Source: Thermoplasmatota archaeon
GTDB lineage: Archaea; Thermoplasmatota; E2; DHVEG-1
Length of the DNA stretch: 38,367 bases
Reading direction: 5' to 3'
Assembly: GCA_030612095.1 (NCBI GenBank)
Contig: JAUWOO010000001.1
Span: forward strand, 1-38,367
Positions 27,616-37,011 of this stretch are shown here, in pieces; the stretch's first letter is position 1, and every line of letters begins with the position of its first letter. The position numbers were made by a program, and so were the translations under genes. The notes beneath the pieces were generated by a model. It had not been told where the DNA came from. It did not search any database and was given only the letters and a program-made list of their open reading frames with translations.

Positions 27616-28413
27616 ATGAAGATCAGACAGATTGATTGTAAAACTGCGTTATCTCCATCCAGACTTCCTGGACTTGATTATTCGTTGAATCCATATAGAG
27701 GCTGCGAGCATAATTGCGCGTATTGTTATGTTCCAAATGTGTTGAGAATCAGTAGGGAAAACTGGGGAAATTTTGTTGATGTTAAAGTAAATATTCCTCT
27801 TATTCTTTCAAAAGAACTAAAAAGGAAAAAACCCGGTGTTGTTGCAATTTCAACAGTTACAGATCCATATCAATCTGTTGAAGAAAAATACAAGCTTACA
27901 ATGCATTGTTTGGAACAACTTATTAGATATGATTTCCCTATCAGCATTCAGACGAAATCGCATCTAGTGTTAAGAGATATAGATCTCATATCACAGTTCT
28001 CTGATGCCGAGGTAGGAATAACTGTAACAACGCCCAATGATGATGAAAGCAAAATCTTGGAGCCATGTGCATCTTCTATATCAAACCGGTTGAATACTGT
28101 TAAAAAATTAAACGATTGCGGGATAAAGACCTTCATTTTCTTTGGTCCAATATATCCCACAATTAAGATTGATGATATACAGCATATTGTGAAGCAGTTC
28201 AGCGAGACAGGAACAACTAAACTTATTGTCGATTCTCTTCATCTGAAAGGAGGTGTCTGGAAAAACCTAAAAAGCAACCTGTCTTCACATCCTACTATCT
28301 TTGCATCATTCCAAAAAAATTTGTTTGAAAATAAAGACTACTATTCAGCCATATTCGATGAGATAGAGCGACAGTGTAAAAATTATAAGTTAAATTTTGA
28401 GAAAGCATTCTGA
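27616..28413 (+). CDS. Radical SAM protein of the SplB / DNA-repair-photolyase-like group (COG1533-like)
   Basis: LDYSLNPYRGCEHNCAYCYVP contains the CxxxCxxC cluster. The 265-aa length fits. It starts 8 nt after the nre stop. Confidence 0.7.
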   Translation: MKIRQIDCKTALSPSRLPGLDYSLNPYRGCEHNCAYCYVPNVLRISRENWGNFVDVKVNIPLILSKELKRKKPGVVAISTVTDPYQSVEEKYKLTMHCLEQLIRYDFPISIQTKSHLVLRDIDLISQFSDAEVGITVTTPNDDESKILEPCASSISNRLNTVKKLNDCGIKTFIFFGPIYPTIKIDDIQHIVKQFSETGTTKLIVDSLHLKGGVWKNLKSNLSSHPTIFASFQKNLFENKDYYSAIFDEIERQCKNYKLNFEKAF

Positions 28414-28425
28414 AACATAAGCAAT

Positions 28426-29919
28426 ATGTCTTTTTATATTGCGAATTGTTTACTTGAAATCATGTCTTACGATACAGTGTATCAAAAGGATAAAAAAGAC
28501 TGTGTTTTCAGTAAAAAAATTATTGAGCAACTGAACAGTATAGTTCCTAATGGTGTGTCTGATAAAGAGGTGGATAGAGTTACATATTCAAAGGATTACT
28601 GGCCTATTACGTTGCGGTGGCTGTTAGATGGGAAACTTCCAGCACTCCCTGATTGTATTGTCTGGCCTGAAAATGCCCAGCAGGTGACTGAGATATTAAG
28701 ACTTGCAAACAGAGAAAAAATACCTATTGTTCCATTTGGGGAAGGGTCTGGTGTTGTCGGCGGTGCCATACCGATCAGGGGCGGTATTGTTGTTGATATG
28801 AAAAAAATGGATAGTGTGGTAGAGATAGATGATTTGGGTTTGATGGTTACGGTTCAGCCCGGTATAAATGGTATGAATCTTGAGCGATATTTGAACCGGA
28901 AGGGTTATACAATGGGTCATATCCCCCAATCTATTTATTGTTCTAGCCTTGGAGGATGGCTTGCATGTCGTGCTGCAGGGCAGTTTTCAACAAAGTACGG
29001 TAAGATTGAGGATATGGTTGTGGCATTGGAGGCGGTCTTGCCAGATGGTACTATTATAAAATCCAAACCTGTTCCTAGATCCTCTACTGGGCCACAGGTA
29101 GAGCAACTCTTTTTGGGTTCTGAGGGTAGATTTGGGATAATTACAGAGGCTACGCTTAAGATATGGCCTTATCCCGAGGAACGATCAATGCTTTCATTTG
29201 CTTTTGATGATGTTTATCATGCATTAGAGGCAGTAAGAAAAATAATGAGAAAAAATGTATATCCTGCAGTGGTACGTATTTATGATATGAATGAAACACT
29301 TCGGCATTTCTATGAGACAAAAGGTGCTAAGGATAAATGTATGTTGATTTTATTAATGGAGGGAGATAAGAAATTAGTAAAACTGGAAAATGAAATATCT
29401 GAGATGACATGCAAGGGTGAAGGAGGAGTAGCATGTGGAGATGAACCTGTACATCATTGGCTTGAAACTCGATTTAACGTGAAGGAGTCATCAGAATTCA
29501 CACCACGCGGCTTCATTTTTGATACTGTTGAGGTGTCAGTTGGATGGAAAAATGCACCGAATCTTTACAAAACCGTCATTGAAGCAATGAGAAAGGTTGG
29601 GGGGGTAGTTGTTGCTTCTGGACATGCCTCTCACTTTTACCCTCAAGGAGTATGCTTCTACTTTACATTTGGGGGAATTCCACCAAAAGATGCTGCTCCA
29701 TTTACATTCTATGAGTCAGTGTGGGATGCCATAATGAAGTCATGTCTGGAAGAGCAAGGATCAATAAGCCATCATCATGGTATTGGTCTCATACGGGCAA
29801 AGTGGCTAGAAAAGGAGATTGGTGAGCGGATGCAAATGTTAAAAAAAATAAAAAGCGCCATCGATCCGCACAATATCATGAATCCAGGAAAGATGGTGGT
29901 TGAGCGTGAAGAAAATTAA
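28426..29919 (+). CDS. FAD-linked oxidase (GlcD / D-lactate dehydrogenase / alkyl-DHAP-synthase-like)
   Basis: The FAD_binding_4 region is IPIVPFGEGSGVVGGAIP followed by GGIVVDM. The C-terminal HHHGIG motif and DPHNIMNPGK are also present. An alternative start ATG at 28462 lies about 25 nt downstream of a tttttatatt TATA-like box. Confidence 0.8.
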   Translation: MSFYIANCLLEIMSYDTVYQKDKKDCVFSKKIIEQLNSIVPNGVSDKEVDRVTYSKDYWPITLRWLLDGKLPALPDCIVWPENAQQVTEILRLANREKIPIVPFGEGSGVVGGAIPIRGGIVVDMKKMDSVVEIDDLGLMVTVQPGINGMNLERYLNRKGYTMGHIPQSIYCSSLGGWLACRAAGQFSTKYGKIEDMVVALEAVLPDGTIIKSKPVPRSSTGPQVEQLFLGSEGRFGIITEATLKIWPYPEERSMLSFAFDDVYHALEAVRKIMRKNVYPAVVRIYDMNETLRHFYETKGAKDKCMLILLMEGDKKLVKLENEISEMTCKGEGGVACGDEPVHHWLETRFNVKESSEFTPRGFIFDTVEVSVGWKNAPNLYKTVIEAMRKVGGVVVASGHASHFYPQGVCFYFTFGGIPPKDAAPFTFYESVWDAIMKSCLEEQGSISHHHGIGLIRAKWLEKEIGERMQMLKKIKSAIDPHNIMNPGKMVVEREEN

Positions 29920-31099
29920 GAAATATGCATGGGTTATGGATGCATTTTCCCAAACGCCTTTTTCAACAAAAGCACGAGCTATGAAGCATTTTTTAACTGG
30001 GAAAAAAAGTTATTTACCGAAAAAAAAGACGCATGCTGATATGGAATCCGTGATAAAATGCGCTCTTTGTCCAAACATGTGCAGATTTGACTGTCCCGTA
30101 TTAGAAGCGGAGAAAAATGAGGCCACCTCACCATCAGGAAAAATGCGCATCGCCTACCTTATTGAAACGGATAGGTTGGATGGAACAGATGCTTTTGAAT
30201 TAATGTATAAGTGTGCAGGATGTGATGCATGTATACAGTGGTGCCCATTCGATTTTTCAGTTAGCGACATCCTAAAGGGTGTACGCGCCGATATTGTCGC
30301 CGATAATAGAACTCCAGAAGATATCGTCAAAATTAAAGAACATCTGGAAAAAAATCACACAATGGACAAAATAAATATCGATGTTAAAGGGAGTGAAAAA
30401 GGAGATATTCTCTATTTTATGGGATGTACAATCCTCTCAGAAAAAGGAGAGATTGCAGAGGCGATGATTGATATTTTTAATACGGTTGGAGAAAAGTATG
30501 CTACCATCAGGGATGAATGGTGTTGTGGAGCACCACTTATCAATCTTGGTTTTACCGAGGTTTTTAAACACTTTGCGGAGCATAATGTAGAGAAAATTAA
30601 AGAGAGTGGATGCAAAACTGTGGTATGTAGTTGTCCAACATGTGCCTATATGCTCAGACAAGTGTACTCTCAAATGGACTTTGAAATTAAAGCGCAGGTA
30701 TTGCATTCATCCGAATATCTTTTAAGTCTGATGAAAGACAAAAAAATAAGATTTGATCATCTTGAAAAGGAATGTGTCTATCACGATCCATGTACTCTCG
30801 TCAGAAAGCTTGGTATAGAAGAAGAGCCACGAAAAGTATTGGAAAATATTCCTGGAATGATAGTGAAGGAACCATACTTTAACAGAAAGGACACAAAATG
30901 CTGTGGTAGGGGTGGTTCATTGGGGAGTACAAATCCCGATATTGCAGAAAAAATAGCGCAGAAAAGAGTAGCAGAGTTAAGAAAAGAGGCAGAATGCATT
31001 GTAACTGCATGTCCAACTTGCGCCTTGGCTTTTGAGGGGTGTGAGGTTTACGATATATCTGAAATTTTCATAAAGAGTTTGGAGAAAAAGAATGAGTGA
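29900..31099 (+). CDS. Fe-S oxidoreductase with two CCG domains (GlpC / GlcF / HdrD-like)
   Basis: Ferredoxin-like motifs are CALCPNMCRFDCP and CAGCDACIQWCP. There are two CCG motifs (WCCGAP and KCCGRGG). The start is ambiguous: TTG at 29900, GTG at 29906 or ATG at 29936. Confidence 0.75.
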   Translation: MSVKKIKKYAWVMDAFSQTPFSTKARAMKHFLTGKKSYLPKKKTHADMESVIKCALCPNMCRFDCPVLEAEKNEATSPSGKMRIAYLIETDRLDGTDAFELMYKCAGCDACIQWCPFDFSVSDILKGVRADIVADNRTPEDIVKIKEHLEKNHTMDKINIDVKGSEKGDILYFMGCTILSEKGEIAEAMIDIFNTVGEKYATIRDEWCCGAPLINLGFTEVFKHFAEHNVEKIKESGCKTVVCSCPTCAYMLRQVYSQMDFEIKAQVLHSSEYLLSLMKDKKIRFDHLEKECVYHDPCTLVRKLGIEEEPRKVLENIPGMIVKEPYFNRKDTKCCGRGGSLGSTNPDIAEKIAQKRVAELRKEAECIVTACPTCALAFEGCEVYDISEIFIKSLEKKNE

Positions 31100-32852
31100 T
31101 GGGGGGATTTTGAGAAAAGTTGATAAAGTTATACGAAAAAAAAGATTTGAAAATATTGATGTTAAAGTAGAAGATAGTGTAGTTTACTTGAATGGGAAAG
31201 TAAGTTCATGGGATGATTTTGTAGAGATAGGATCTTTAATCGGAGCGATCAAGAATATTAGAGGCGTGGTCAACAGACTTGAATATCCTGGTGAGATAAG
31301 GAGAGAAAGAAAGAAGGGAAATAGGGAAAAAAGTGGGGAGGCCGATGTTGTAATTATTGGGGGAGGTGTTACTGGTTGCTCCATTGCACGAGAGCTGTCA
31401 AAATATAAGGTGAAGGTAATTCTTGTTGAGAAAGAAGATGATGTTGCCTGCGGAGCTACGAAGGCCAATAATGCCATGGTTCATTCGGGCATTGGGGAAA
31501 AAGTGGGTACACTAAAACAAAAGCTCTGTGTCAAAGGACACTTTATGTATGGGGAACTTGCAAAGGAGCTGAATGTTCCATTCAAAAGATGTGGAATGTT
31601 GATTATTCTCACCAAAGATTCTCTTTCAAAGCTAAAAATTCCTCAATTTCTTGCCAATTTTATCGCGAAGAGGATTATACCTTTTATTGTCGTTCGGCGT
31701 GGTAAAAAGATAGGTATACCGATTAAGCTGGTGGATCGAGAAGAGCTGATGGAGAAGGAGCGATATGTAACTGAAAGGGCGTTAGCTGCTGTTTCATCTC
31801 CCTCTTATGGTGTTATATGCCCGTATTTTTTTACCATTGCACTTGCGGAGAATGCAACAGATAACGGCGTAGAGTTCATGCTTGACACGGAGGTTGTGGA
31901 TGTTACAGTTGAAAATGATGGCGTGAAGTCAGTGGTGACAACAAAGGGAACTATAGACACACGCTTTGTTATAAATGCTGCTGGTTTATATGCTGATGAA
32001 GTTGCGGAGATGGCAGGAGCAAGGGAGTACACAATTCATCCCAAAAAGGGTGCTACTTTGCTTTTTGATAAGGAATTGGGAAATTACATAAATCGCTCCA
32101 TGTCTCTTCTTCGATTTCCAAGGGCAGAGCATTACAAAGGAGGTGGAATAATGGTTACTGTCGATAGTAACATTCAGTGGGGGCCAACTATAGCGGAATG
32201 TCCGGAGAAAGAAGACACATCTGTTACTGCAGAAGACATCGAGAAGATATTTGAGTCTTATACTCCGCTTTTACCAGATTTTCCAAAGAAATCAGTCATT
32301 ACCTATTTTGCAGGGATAAGAGCATCTACTTTCACAGAAGATTTTTTTATAGAAGCGTCAAAAAAAGTTAAAGGTTTCATTCATGTGGCAGGTATACAGT
32401 CTCCTGGTCTTGCTGCTGCTCCTGCTGTTGCGGACATGGTCGTTGATATTTTAAAAAATGAAGGATTGACGTTGAAACAAAGGGAGAGTTTCAATCCCTA
32501 TCGTGATAAAACAACTATTTTTAGAGATCTAGACATCAAGGAGAAAAAGAGACTGATTGAGAAAAACCCGCGATATGGAAAGATTATGTGTAGATGCGAG
32601 CAGGTTACCGAGGGCGAAATAGTAGATGCAATTCACTCCAAATTACCTGCATTGAGTGTAGACGCCATAAAGAGAAGAACGAGGGCAGGAATGGGAAGAT
32701 GTCAGGGTGGTTTCTGTCTTCCTCATGTTGTTGAAATACTTTCGAGAGAAACAGGAATTCCAATAGAAAAAATACAAAAAAATGGAAAAGGATCAAACTT
32801 GTTTGTGGGGAAAGCAAAATGCTTACTGGGTGACAAACATGATGGAAACTGA
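31092..32852 (+). CDS. FAD-dependent glycerol-3-phosphate dehydrogenase-like oxidoreductase (GlpA-like) with N-terminal BON domain and C-terminal BFD-like 2Fe-2S domain
   Basis: The BON-like stretch is IDVKVEDSVVYLNGKVSSWDDFVEIGSLIGAIKNIRGVVNRLEY. It is followed by the dinucleotide fold DVVIIGGGVTGCSIAREL. The C-terminus is CRCEQVTEGEIVDAI ... RAGMGRCQGGFC. Confidence 0.75.
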   Translation: MSDGGILRKVDKVIRKKRFENIDVKVEDSVVYLNGKVSSWDDFVEIGSLIGAIKNIRGVVNRLEYPGEIRRERKKGNREKSGEADVVIIGGGVTGCSIARELSKYKVKVILVEKEDDVACGATKANNAMVHSGIGEKVGTLKQKLCVKGHFMYGELAKELNVPFKRCGMLIILTKDSLSKLKIPQFLANFIAKRIIPFIVVRRGKKIGIPIKLVDREELMEKERYVTERALAAVSSPSYGVICPYFFTIALAENATDNGVEFMLDTEVVDVTVENDGVKSVVTTKGTIDTRFVINAAGLYADEVAEMAGAREYTIHPKKGATLLFDKELGNYINRSMSLLRFPRAEHYKGGGIMVTVDSNIQWGPTIAECPEKEDTSVTAEDIEKIFESYTPLLPDFPKKSVITYFAGIRASTFTEDFFIEASKKVKGFIHVAGIQSPGLAAAPAVADMVVDILKNEGLTLKQRESFNPYRDKTTIFRDLDIKEKKRLIEKNPRYGKIMCRCEQVTEGEIVDAIHSKLPALSVDAIKRRTRAGMGRCQGGFCLPHVVEILSRETGIPIEKIQKNGKGSNLFVGKAKCLLGDKHDGN

Positions 32853-34089
32853 TGTTACCGTGATAGGGGGCGGACCAGCAGGCTTGGCCGCTGCTTTAAA
32901 AGCGTCAGAGAATGCACAGGTGATTTTGCTGGAGCGAGGCAGAGAGCTTGGTGGTATACTCCCACAATGCATTCATCAGGGATTTGGCAATTTTGTTTTC
33001 AAAAAAATGTTGACTGGCCCAGAATTCTCGCAGTATTTTATAGATAAAGTAAGGCAATCAGATATCGTTGTTAAGACTGAAACAACCGTGCTTGAAATTG
33101 ATAAAAATAAGAGAATTATCGCGACAAATTCTGCGGAGGGTATACTGGAAATACAGACAAAGGCAATTGTCTTATCAATGGGTTGCAGAGAACGGACACG
33201 ATCTCAAATTTTGGTTCCAGGTACACGCCCAGCTGGTGTTTATACTGCAGGTACTTCGCAGCGTCTCATAAACATTGATGGTATAATGCCAGGAAAGAAA
33301 TTTGTGATACTTGGTTCTGGAGATGTCGGCTTGATAATGGCAAGACGCTTTATTCTGGAAGGGGGGGAGGTTGAGGGAGTATATGAAATTATGCCGCAAC
33401 CTGGTGGACTTACAAGGAACATTGTTCAGTGTCTTGATGATTATAACATTCCCCTTTTTTTATCTCATACTGTGACTGATATCGTGGGTAGAAAGCGGGT
33501 TGAAGGTGTAACTGTTGCAAAGGTAGATGAGTCGATGAAACCCTTGGTTGGAACTGAACGGTTCATTCCCTGTGACTGTCTTGTTCTGGCGGTTGGTCTC
33601 ATACCAGAAAACGAGTTATCAAAACAGATTGGCTTGGACATGGATGGTAGAACGGATGGGCCAGTTGTTGATGAGCGGATGGAGACATCTGTATCAGGGA
33701 TATTTGCGTGCGGAAATGTAGTACATGTACATGATCTGGTTGATGATGTAGCTGTTGTGGCAGAGATAGCTGGTGAACACGCTGCAAAATACGTACGAGA
33801 AAATCTGGAAAGAAGGGGTAAGATACGAACAGTTGCAGGAGAAAACGTGGGATATGTTGTCCCTCAGTTTTTAAGAGGAAAAGAGCTTGATTCTGTTACT
33901 TTGTATTTCAGGGTGCTAAGTGAGAAAAGAGGTGCCACTGTCATCATTTCTTGTGGAGAAAAAACTATTTTCGAAAGGAAGGAGAAAATCGTGAAACCAC
34001 CTGAGATGGTAAAGGTTATATTGTCGAGAGAGGTGCTTAATGCACTTGTGCAAAACGAGCTTAGGGTTGATGTGAGGGGCGGAAAATGA
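32839..34089 (+). CDS. FAD/NAD(P)-binding pyridine nucleotide-disulfide oxidoreductase-family subunit
   Basis: DVTVIGGGPAGLAAA and a second Rossmann fold (FVILGSGDVGLIMA) are present, along with a GIFACGN motif. The ATG at 32839 overlaps the upstream stop. The ORF-track start at 32782 lies inside the upstream gene. Confidence 0.75.
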   Translation: MMETDVTVIGGGPAGLAAALKASENAQVILLERGRELGGILPQCIHQGFGNFVFKKMLTGPEFSQYFIDKVRQSDIVVKTETTVLEIDKNKRIIATNSAEGILEIQTKAIVLSMGCRERTRSQILVPGTRPAGVYTAGTSQRLINIDGIMPGKKFVILGSGDVGLIMARRFILEGGEVEGVYEIMPQPGGLTRNIVQCLDDYNIPLFLSHTVTDIVGRKRVEGVTVAKVDESMKPLVGTERFIPCDCLVLAVGLIPENELSKQIGLDMDGRTDGPVVDERMETSVSGIFACGNVVHVHDLVDDVAVVAEIAGEHAAKYVRENLERRGKIRTVAGENVGYVVPQFLRGKELDSVTLYFRVLSEKRGATVIISCGEKTIFERKEKIVKPPEMVKVILSREVLNALVQNELRVDVRGGK

Positions 34090-34445
34090 GTGAAAGTATG
34101 ACATGTATATGCTGTCCACTTGGATGTCGTATTCACATAGAAAAAAAGGGGGAAAAAACGCAGATTACAGGCCATAGATGTAAGAAAGGAGAGGAATATG
34201 CACTGCAGGAAATCAGAGATCCACGGAGAATACTTACAACAACAGTGCCAATAGACAATGGAATGTTATGTCTGCTACCTGTAAAAAGTAATAAGGAAAT
34301 TCCTAAAAATCTGGTGAAAGCATGTGTTATTGAGCTATCTAAGATTAGTGTAAATGCCCCAATTAAATGTGGAGATTTAGTTTGCAAAAATATTTTGGGA
34401 ACTGAGGTTGATATTATTGCCTCTCGTGATATGGAGGAGAGATGA
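34086..34445 (+). CDS. DUF1667-type small Cys-containing protein
   Basis: The 119-aa protein has a CICCPLGCRI N-terminal motif. It has ATGA overlaps on both sides. This is the usual third member of the GlpA-like / pyridine-nucleotide-oxidoreductase / DUF1667 triad. Confidence 0.65.
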   Translation: MSESMTCICCPLGCRIHIEKKGEKTQITGHRCKKGEEYALQEIRDPRRILTTTVPIDNGMLCLLPVKSNKEIPKNLVKACVIELSKISVNAPIKCGDLVCKNILGTEVDIIASRDMEER

Positions 34446-36019
34446 AGAAATATATTATGGCGATAGATGGGGGTACTACAGGCATACGTGCAATTATCTT
34501 TAATCATGAGGGTAATATTGTTTCCCGGGGGTATACAGAGCTGTCTCAGGTTTTTCCACGTCCTGGCTGGTGCGAACAGAGTGGAGAAGATGTATGGAAG
34601 AAATGTAAGGAAGTGATGAAAACATCTCTCAAGAATGGAAAAATAAATGCTAACGAGATAGAATCAATTGGTATCGCAACTCAACGTTCGACTAATCTTT
34701 TGTGGGATAGACAAACAGGAAAACCGGTTTACAATGCAATCACTTGGCAGGACTCTAGAGCAGCAGAACTGTGTAAAGAAATGGACAGAAAAATAAAGAT
34801 GAGGGCTATTAGGGGACTTGGAAAAGCTACAAAAAATCTGTCGGAAGTATGGGATGGAATAAGAAGAACCACTTCTGGAGCAAGACTTATTACAACCTCT
34901 GATCTTTCATTTACTCCTGCTTCTTCACTTGCACATACACGTTGGATTTTAGATAACATTGACAAAGCAAGAGAAAAAGCGCGAAAGGGAGATCTTGTAT
35001 GTGGAACGATGGATACGTGGCTCATATGGAATTTAACTAACGGCAAAACATACGCTACAGATTTTTCAAATGCAAGTGCAACTGGGATGTTTGATCCCTT
35101 TACATTGAGGTGGAGCGATTTAGTTCTTGATCTGTTTGATATCTCTGAAGATATTCTCCCTGAGGTGAGGGAGACCAGCGGTGATTTTGGAATTGTTGAT
35201 AGAAGTATTATTGGGGTAGAAATACCAATACAAAGTGCTGTTGCAGATCAGCAGTCAGCATTGTTTGCAGAGGGGTGTTTTAATCCCGGAGATGTAAAAT
35301 GCACACATGGCACGGGAAGTTTCATCGATATGAATGTAGGACACAGACCACCAGCATCTCTCCACAAACTGCTCCCTCTTATTGCATGGAAACTAGATGG
35401 AAAGGTAACCTACATGCTTGAGGGAATGATCAATACAACTGGTTCATCTATCAAATGGCTCAGAGATAATTTAGCCATCATAAAAAACGTAGAGGAATCC
35501 GAAAAGATGGCCAAGGCTGTTGAGGATACATGCGGTGTATACTTTGTACCTGCGTTTACTGGTTTATCGTCTCCATACTGGGATCCTCATGCATGTGGTA
35601 TTGTTGTTGGATTAAGCAGGAAAACGATGAAGGAACACATAGTGAGATCAGCATTGGAGGGTATTGTCTATCGCTGCAAGGATGTCCTAATCGCAATGAA
35701 CATTGACTCGGGCTTAAACATCTCGTCATTAAAAGTAGATGGAGGGGCATCGAGAAATAACTTTTTGCTACAATTTATGGCGGATATGTTGAATGTTGAA
35801 GTTGAGCGATCAAAGATTCTGGAAGGGACAGCACTGGGTGCTGCATATCTTGCTGGTCTGGCCTCTGGTTACTGGGAATCAAAAGACGAGATAATCAAAA
35901 GAAGAAAAGTTGACAGAATTTTTGAACCATGCATGGATGAGAAAAAAAGACGCAGATTATACGAGGGATGGAAGGAAGCTATAGAGCGTTCCTTTGGGTG
36001 GGGACATCATTCTTTATAA
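34442..36019 (+). CDS. glpK: FGGY-family carbohydrate kinase, probable glycerol kinase
   Basis: Motifs AIDGGTTGIRAIIF, GWCEQSGEDVW, ITWQDSR, GTMDTWLIWNLT, HGTGSF, FVPAFTGL and VDGGAS are present. It carries about 20 extra residues relative to E. coli GlpK after the ITWQDSR segment. Confidence 0.75.
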   Translation: MKKYIMAIDGGTTGIRAIIFNHEGNIVSRGYTELSQVFPRPGWCEQSGEDVWKKCKEVMKTSLKNGKINANEIESIGIATQRSTNLLWDRQTGKPVYNAITWQDSRAAELCKEMDRKIKMRAIRGLGKATKNLSEVWDGIRRTTSGARLITTSDLSFTPASSLAHTRWILDNIDKAREKARKGDLVCGTMDTWLIWNLTNGKTYATDFSNASATGMFDPFTLRWSDLVLDLFDISEDILPEVRETSGDFGIVDRSIIGVEIPIQSAVADQQSALFAEGCFNPGDVKCTHGTGSFIDMNVGHRPPASLHKLLPLIAWKLDGKVTYMLEGMINTTGSSIKWLRDNLAIIKNVEESEKMAKAVEDTCGVYFVPAFTGLSSPYWDPHACGIVVGLSRKTMKEHIVRSALEGIVYRCKDVLIAMNIDSGLNISSLKVDGGASRNNFLLQFMADMLNVEVERSKILEGTALGAAYLAGLASGYWESKDEIIKRRKVDRIFEPCMDEKKRRRLYEGWKEAIERSFGWGHHSL

Positions 36020-36091
36020 TTAGCGATGAAGCAACCCTGGAAATATTTAAATACCATCTTGTATATTAAAATAAGATCAAGGGGAGGTAAT

Positions 36092-36892
36092 ATGAATAAA
36101 AATATAGCATTAGTAAGTATCATATCAGCAATTATACTTGTTTTAGCAGGTTTGGCACCAGTTGTTGGTTCAAAGGATGTCGAAACCCAAAAAAGAATTG
36201 TTGTAGAAATGAACAGTTATGCACATGGTAGTATGGAGAAGGTTTTAACAGAATTAAGTTACGATGAGGCACTAGAGCTAAAAGAGTGTTTAATTAATTT
36301 AAATGATGCAATAGAACAGAAAGATGAACAGGCGATTTTAGAATATGAAACCATACTAAATGAAAAGGGAATACTTGGTGAAAAACCTCAAAAGATTTGC
36401 TATGATCCCAAATCTCAAGAATTCTATCCGGGGATTAAGGATTCGCCCATTTTTTCTAGATTTAAAAATTCACTTACTCAAACAACTGCAGGAGATATTT
36501 CAAATGCTCTCTGCTATTTCCATGCCGCAGGTGAGGGTATGATGATTTTTACTATCGGTGTTCTGCTTATGGTTCCTATTATGCTGATTATTGCTCAGGC
36601 TCCAGAGCTTCTTGGGTTAGTGATGATTATCTGCGTGGCTATAATGCTTGCAACTCACGTTGTCCCATTTAGGATTGGTCTTCCAATTGGCATATTAACC
36701 ATGAGCGGTGGTAGTGTATCTGCCATTGGTTTATCTGGTGTCCAGCGCATGGACGTATCCGTAAATTCCTCTGCGCAGATTACCATTGGGGGATTTAGTG
36801 GAATTACTATTAATATTCCGGGCATGGAAGGCTCCGAAGGCTTTTTGTTTGTGTCTGGTTTCTCCTTGATTGCACAAGGGAAGGCTGAGTAA
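36092..36892 (+). CDS. Hypothetical membrane protein
   Basis: The ATG at 36092 is preceded by GGGGAGG. An N-terminal signal anchor IALVSIISAIILVLAGLAPVVG is followed by an acidic helical segment. The C-terminal half is hydrophobic and Gly-rich. Confidence 0.45.
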   Translation: MNKNIALVSIISAIILVLAGLAPVVGSKDVETQKRIVVEMNSYAHGSMEKVLTELSYDEALELKECLINLNDAIEQKDEQAILEYETILNEKGILGEKPQKICYDPKSQEFYPGIKDSPIFSRFKNSLTQTTAGDISNALCYFHAAGEGMMIFTIGVLLMVPIMLIIAQAPELLGLVMIICVAIMLATHVVPFRIGLPIGILTMSGGSVSAIGLSGVQRMDVSVNSSAQITIGGFSGITINIPGMEGSEGFLFVSGFSLIAQGKAE

Positions 36893-37011
36893 AGCAATAT
36901 TCGATTATAACATGTTTTTTCATCTTTATCTGTCGCATAATTTTAAGTATATGGAGTGTGTTACCGAAAAAATCATTGTAATATAGTTGTAGAAAATAAT
37001 AGAGTGATGTT

